Assembly (NCBI GenBank): GCA_963829055.1
Contig: CAWHHI010000016.1
Location: 960,001-1,024,000 of the forward strand
Length of the DNA: 64,000 nucleotides
Source: an uncultured Gemmatimonadaceae bacterium
GTDB lineage: Bacteria; Gemmatimonadota; Gemmatimonadetes; Gemmatimonadales; Gemmatimonadaceae
Reading direction: 5' to 3'
The translations under genes were made by a program, and so were the position numbers. The notes under the pieces were generated by a model. It was not told the DNA's origin, ran no database searches, and saw only the letters and a list, made by a program, of their open reading frames with translations. Below, in pieces: positions 63,043-64,000 of this stretch; position 1 is the stretch's first letter, and every line of letters starts with the position of its first letter.

Positions 63043-63347
63043 GTGGCTGACCACAGCGAGATCGCGCGCATTGAAGCGGCGGAGCGCGACCTGATCGCCG
63101 CGCCTAACGCCGTGGCGGCAGGACTAGCCGACGCAATCCGCGATCTGCTTGCGCGGATCGAGCAGGCCACGCCGGGAGGTGCCCCCCTGCACGCCCAGCT
63201 CGACGCGACCCGCAAGTGGCTCGCCGTACTCGAGCGGCCCGCTGACCACGACCGGTTCGGTGGATCGGCGCATATCCGCGACTACTGGTCACCCAGCTTC
63301 GCCTCACGCGCGGCGCCGTCGAGGACTACGCCCGCGAAATGCCGTAA
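63043..63347 (+). CDS. Small helical hypothetical protein (frameshift near 63285)
   Basis: MADHSEIARIEAAE...HIRDY, then VTQLRLTRGAVEDYAREMP* in the shifted frame. Confidence 0.5.
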
Positions 63348-63444
63348 AAGCTGCGCTCCGGACCGGCAACCCCATTGTCCCGGACGCCCCGAAACCATTA
63401 AGTTGCAAGGCTTTTCACAACGGGCCCCGCTTCTGGCGGCCCTT

Positions 63445-63500
63445 CATTCCCCTCCCCCTGCCTAGGCAACCGACGGGGGGCGGTCACGACCAAAGGGAGG
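63445..63500 (+). promoter_or_regulatory. Putative rpsF leader (S6:S18 autoregulatory-type hairpin) sequestering the SD
   Basis: CCTCCC (63451-63456) is complementary to SD GGGAGG (63495-63500), with internal stems. Confidence 0.45.
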
Positions 63501-63511
63501 ATTGCCGACAC

Positions 63512-63874
63512 GTGTCTCGAGAATACGAGGCGGTGTACATCTTCGATTCGACGCTCGAAGATGCCGCCATCAACGACAAGCTGACCCGTTTCCACGGGCT
63601 GCTTCACGTCAACGGTGAGATCAAGGCCGACCACTGGGGTCGCCGCCAGCTCGCCTACCCGATCGGCCCGCGCGAGAACGGGTATTACGTCGTCGCGCGC
63701 TTCAACACCGATCCCAAGACGCTGCCCGAGTACGAGCGCGCGCTCAAGCTCGACGACGGGATCGTACGCTACCTCGTCACGCTCCACGAGCACGAGGTCG
63801 GTGCGCCGCCGATGTCCGAAGAAGAGATGCTCGCTGCACGTCGCCGCGACGAAGACGATGAGGACGAGGACTAG
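63512..63874 (+). CDS. rpsF: 30S ribosomal protein S6
   Basis: GTG start after SD; REYEAVYIF, WGRRQLAYPI, GYY, IVRYL; acidic tail. Confidence 0.95.
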   Translation: MSREYEAVYIFDSTLEDAAINDKLTRFHGLLHVNGEIKADHWGRRQLAYPIGPRENGYYVVARFNTDPKTLPEYERALKLDDGIVRYLVTLHEHEVGAPPMSEEEMLAARRRDEDDEDED

Positions 63875-63877
63875 ACC

Positions 63878-64000
63878 ATGCGCCGAGCCCAAAAATCCTG
63901 CCCATTCTGCGAGACGCGTGTTCGGTTCATCGACTACAAGGATGACCGCACGCTTGGCCGCTTCATCACCGACCACGGCAAGATCCTGCCGAGCCGGTTG
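63878..64000 (+). CDS. rpsR: 30S ribosomal protein S18 (partial, runs off window end)
   Basis: MRRAQKSCPFC...IDYKD..TLGRFITDHGKILPSR. Confidence 0.95.
   Translation, partial: MRRAQKSCPFCETRVRFIDYKDDRTLGRFITDHGKILPSRL

Noticed and set aside
21..63109. GCCTAAC/GTTAGGC sites as integron attC cassette array
   Set aside because: The sites are mostly inside housekeeping CDSs and are not arranged as RYYYAAC...GTTRRRY pairs with palindromic spacers after stop codons. No IntI gene is present.

Overview
High-GC (roughly 68% by eye) bacterial chromosome segment. Gene content and order suggest Gemmatimonadota (inference). It is mostly housekeeping: thrS, valS, selA, gmhB, purN, purH, gltX, lexA, a JAB-DinG helicase, rsmI, trxA, mce, pdxJ, ispE, cysK, prs, rplY, pth, ychF, rpsF, rpsR and three tRNAs (Ser-UGA, Ser-GCU, Gln-UUG). 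Many genes, including essential ones, are broken by 1-nt indels, most likely long-read assembly errors. There are three accessory patches: between the two tRNA-Ser genes; an ~8.4 kb block splitting the ispE-tRNA(Gln)-prs operon (Ig-like lipoprotein, two CsgG/FlgO-like proteins, a putative beta-barrel, a Ser/Thr kinase); and a patch between ychF and rpsF with a tyrosine-recombinase remnant. The most striking unexplained signal is a non-palindromic octamer, GCCTAACG/CGTTAGGC. I counted 43 copies by hand (plus 10 more of the 7-mer core) against about 2-3 expected. It has no strand bias and sits inside genes in several reading frames using rare codons, so it looks like a DNA-level iterated motif (DUS/HIP1-like). 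Also noted: inverted heptamer repeats bracketing thrS, CGTC-type REP elements, His-less Hpt domains, and an in-frame TGA in a response regulator.
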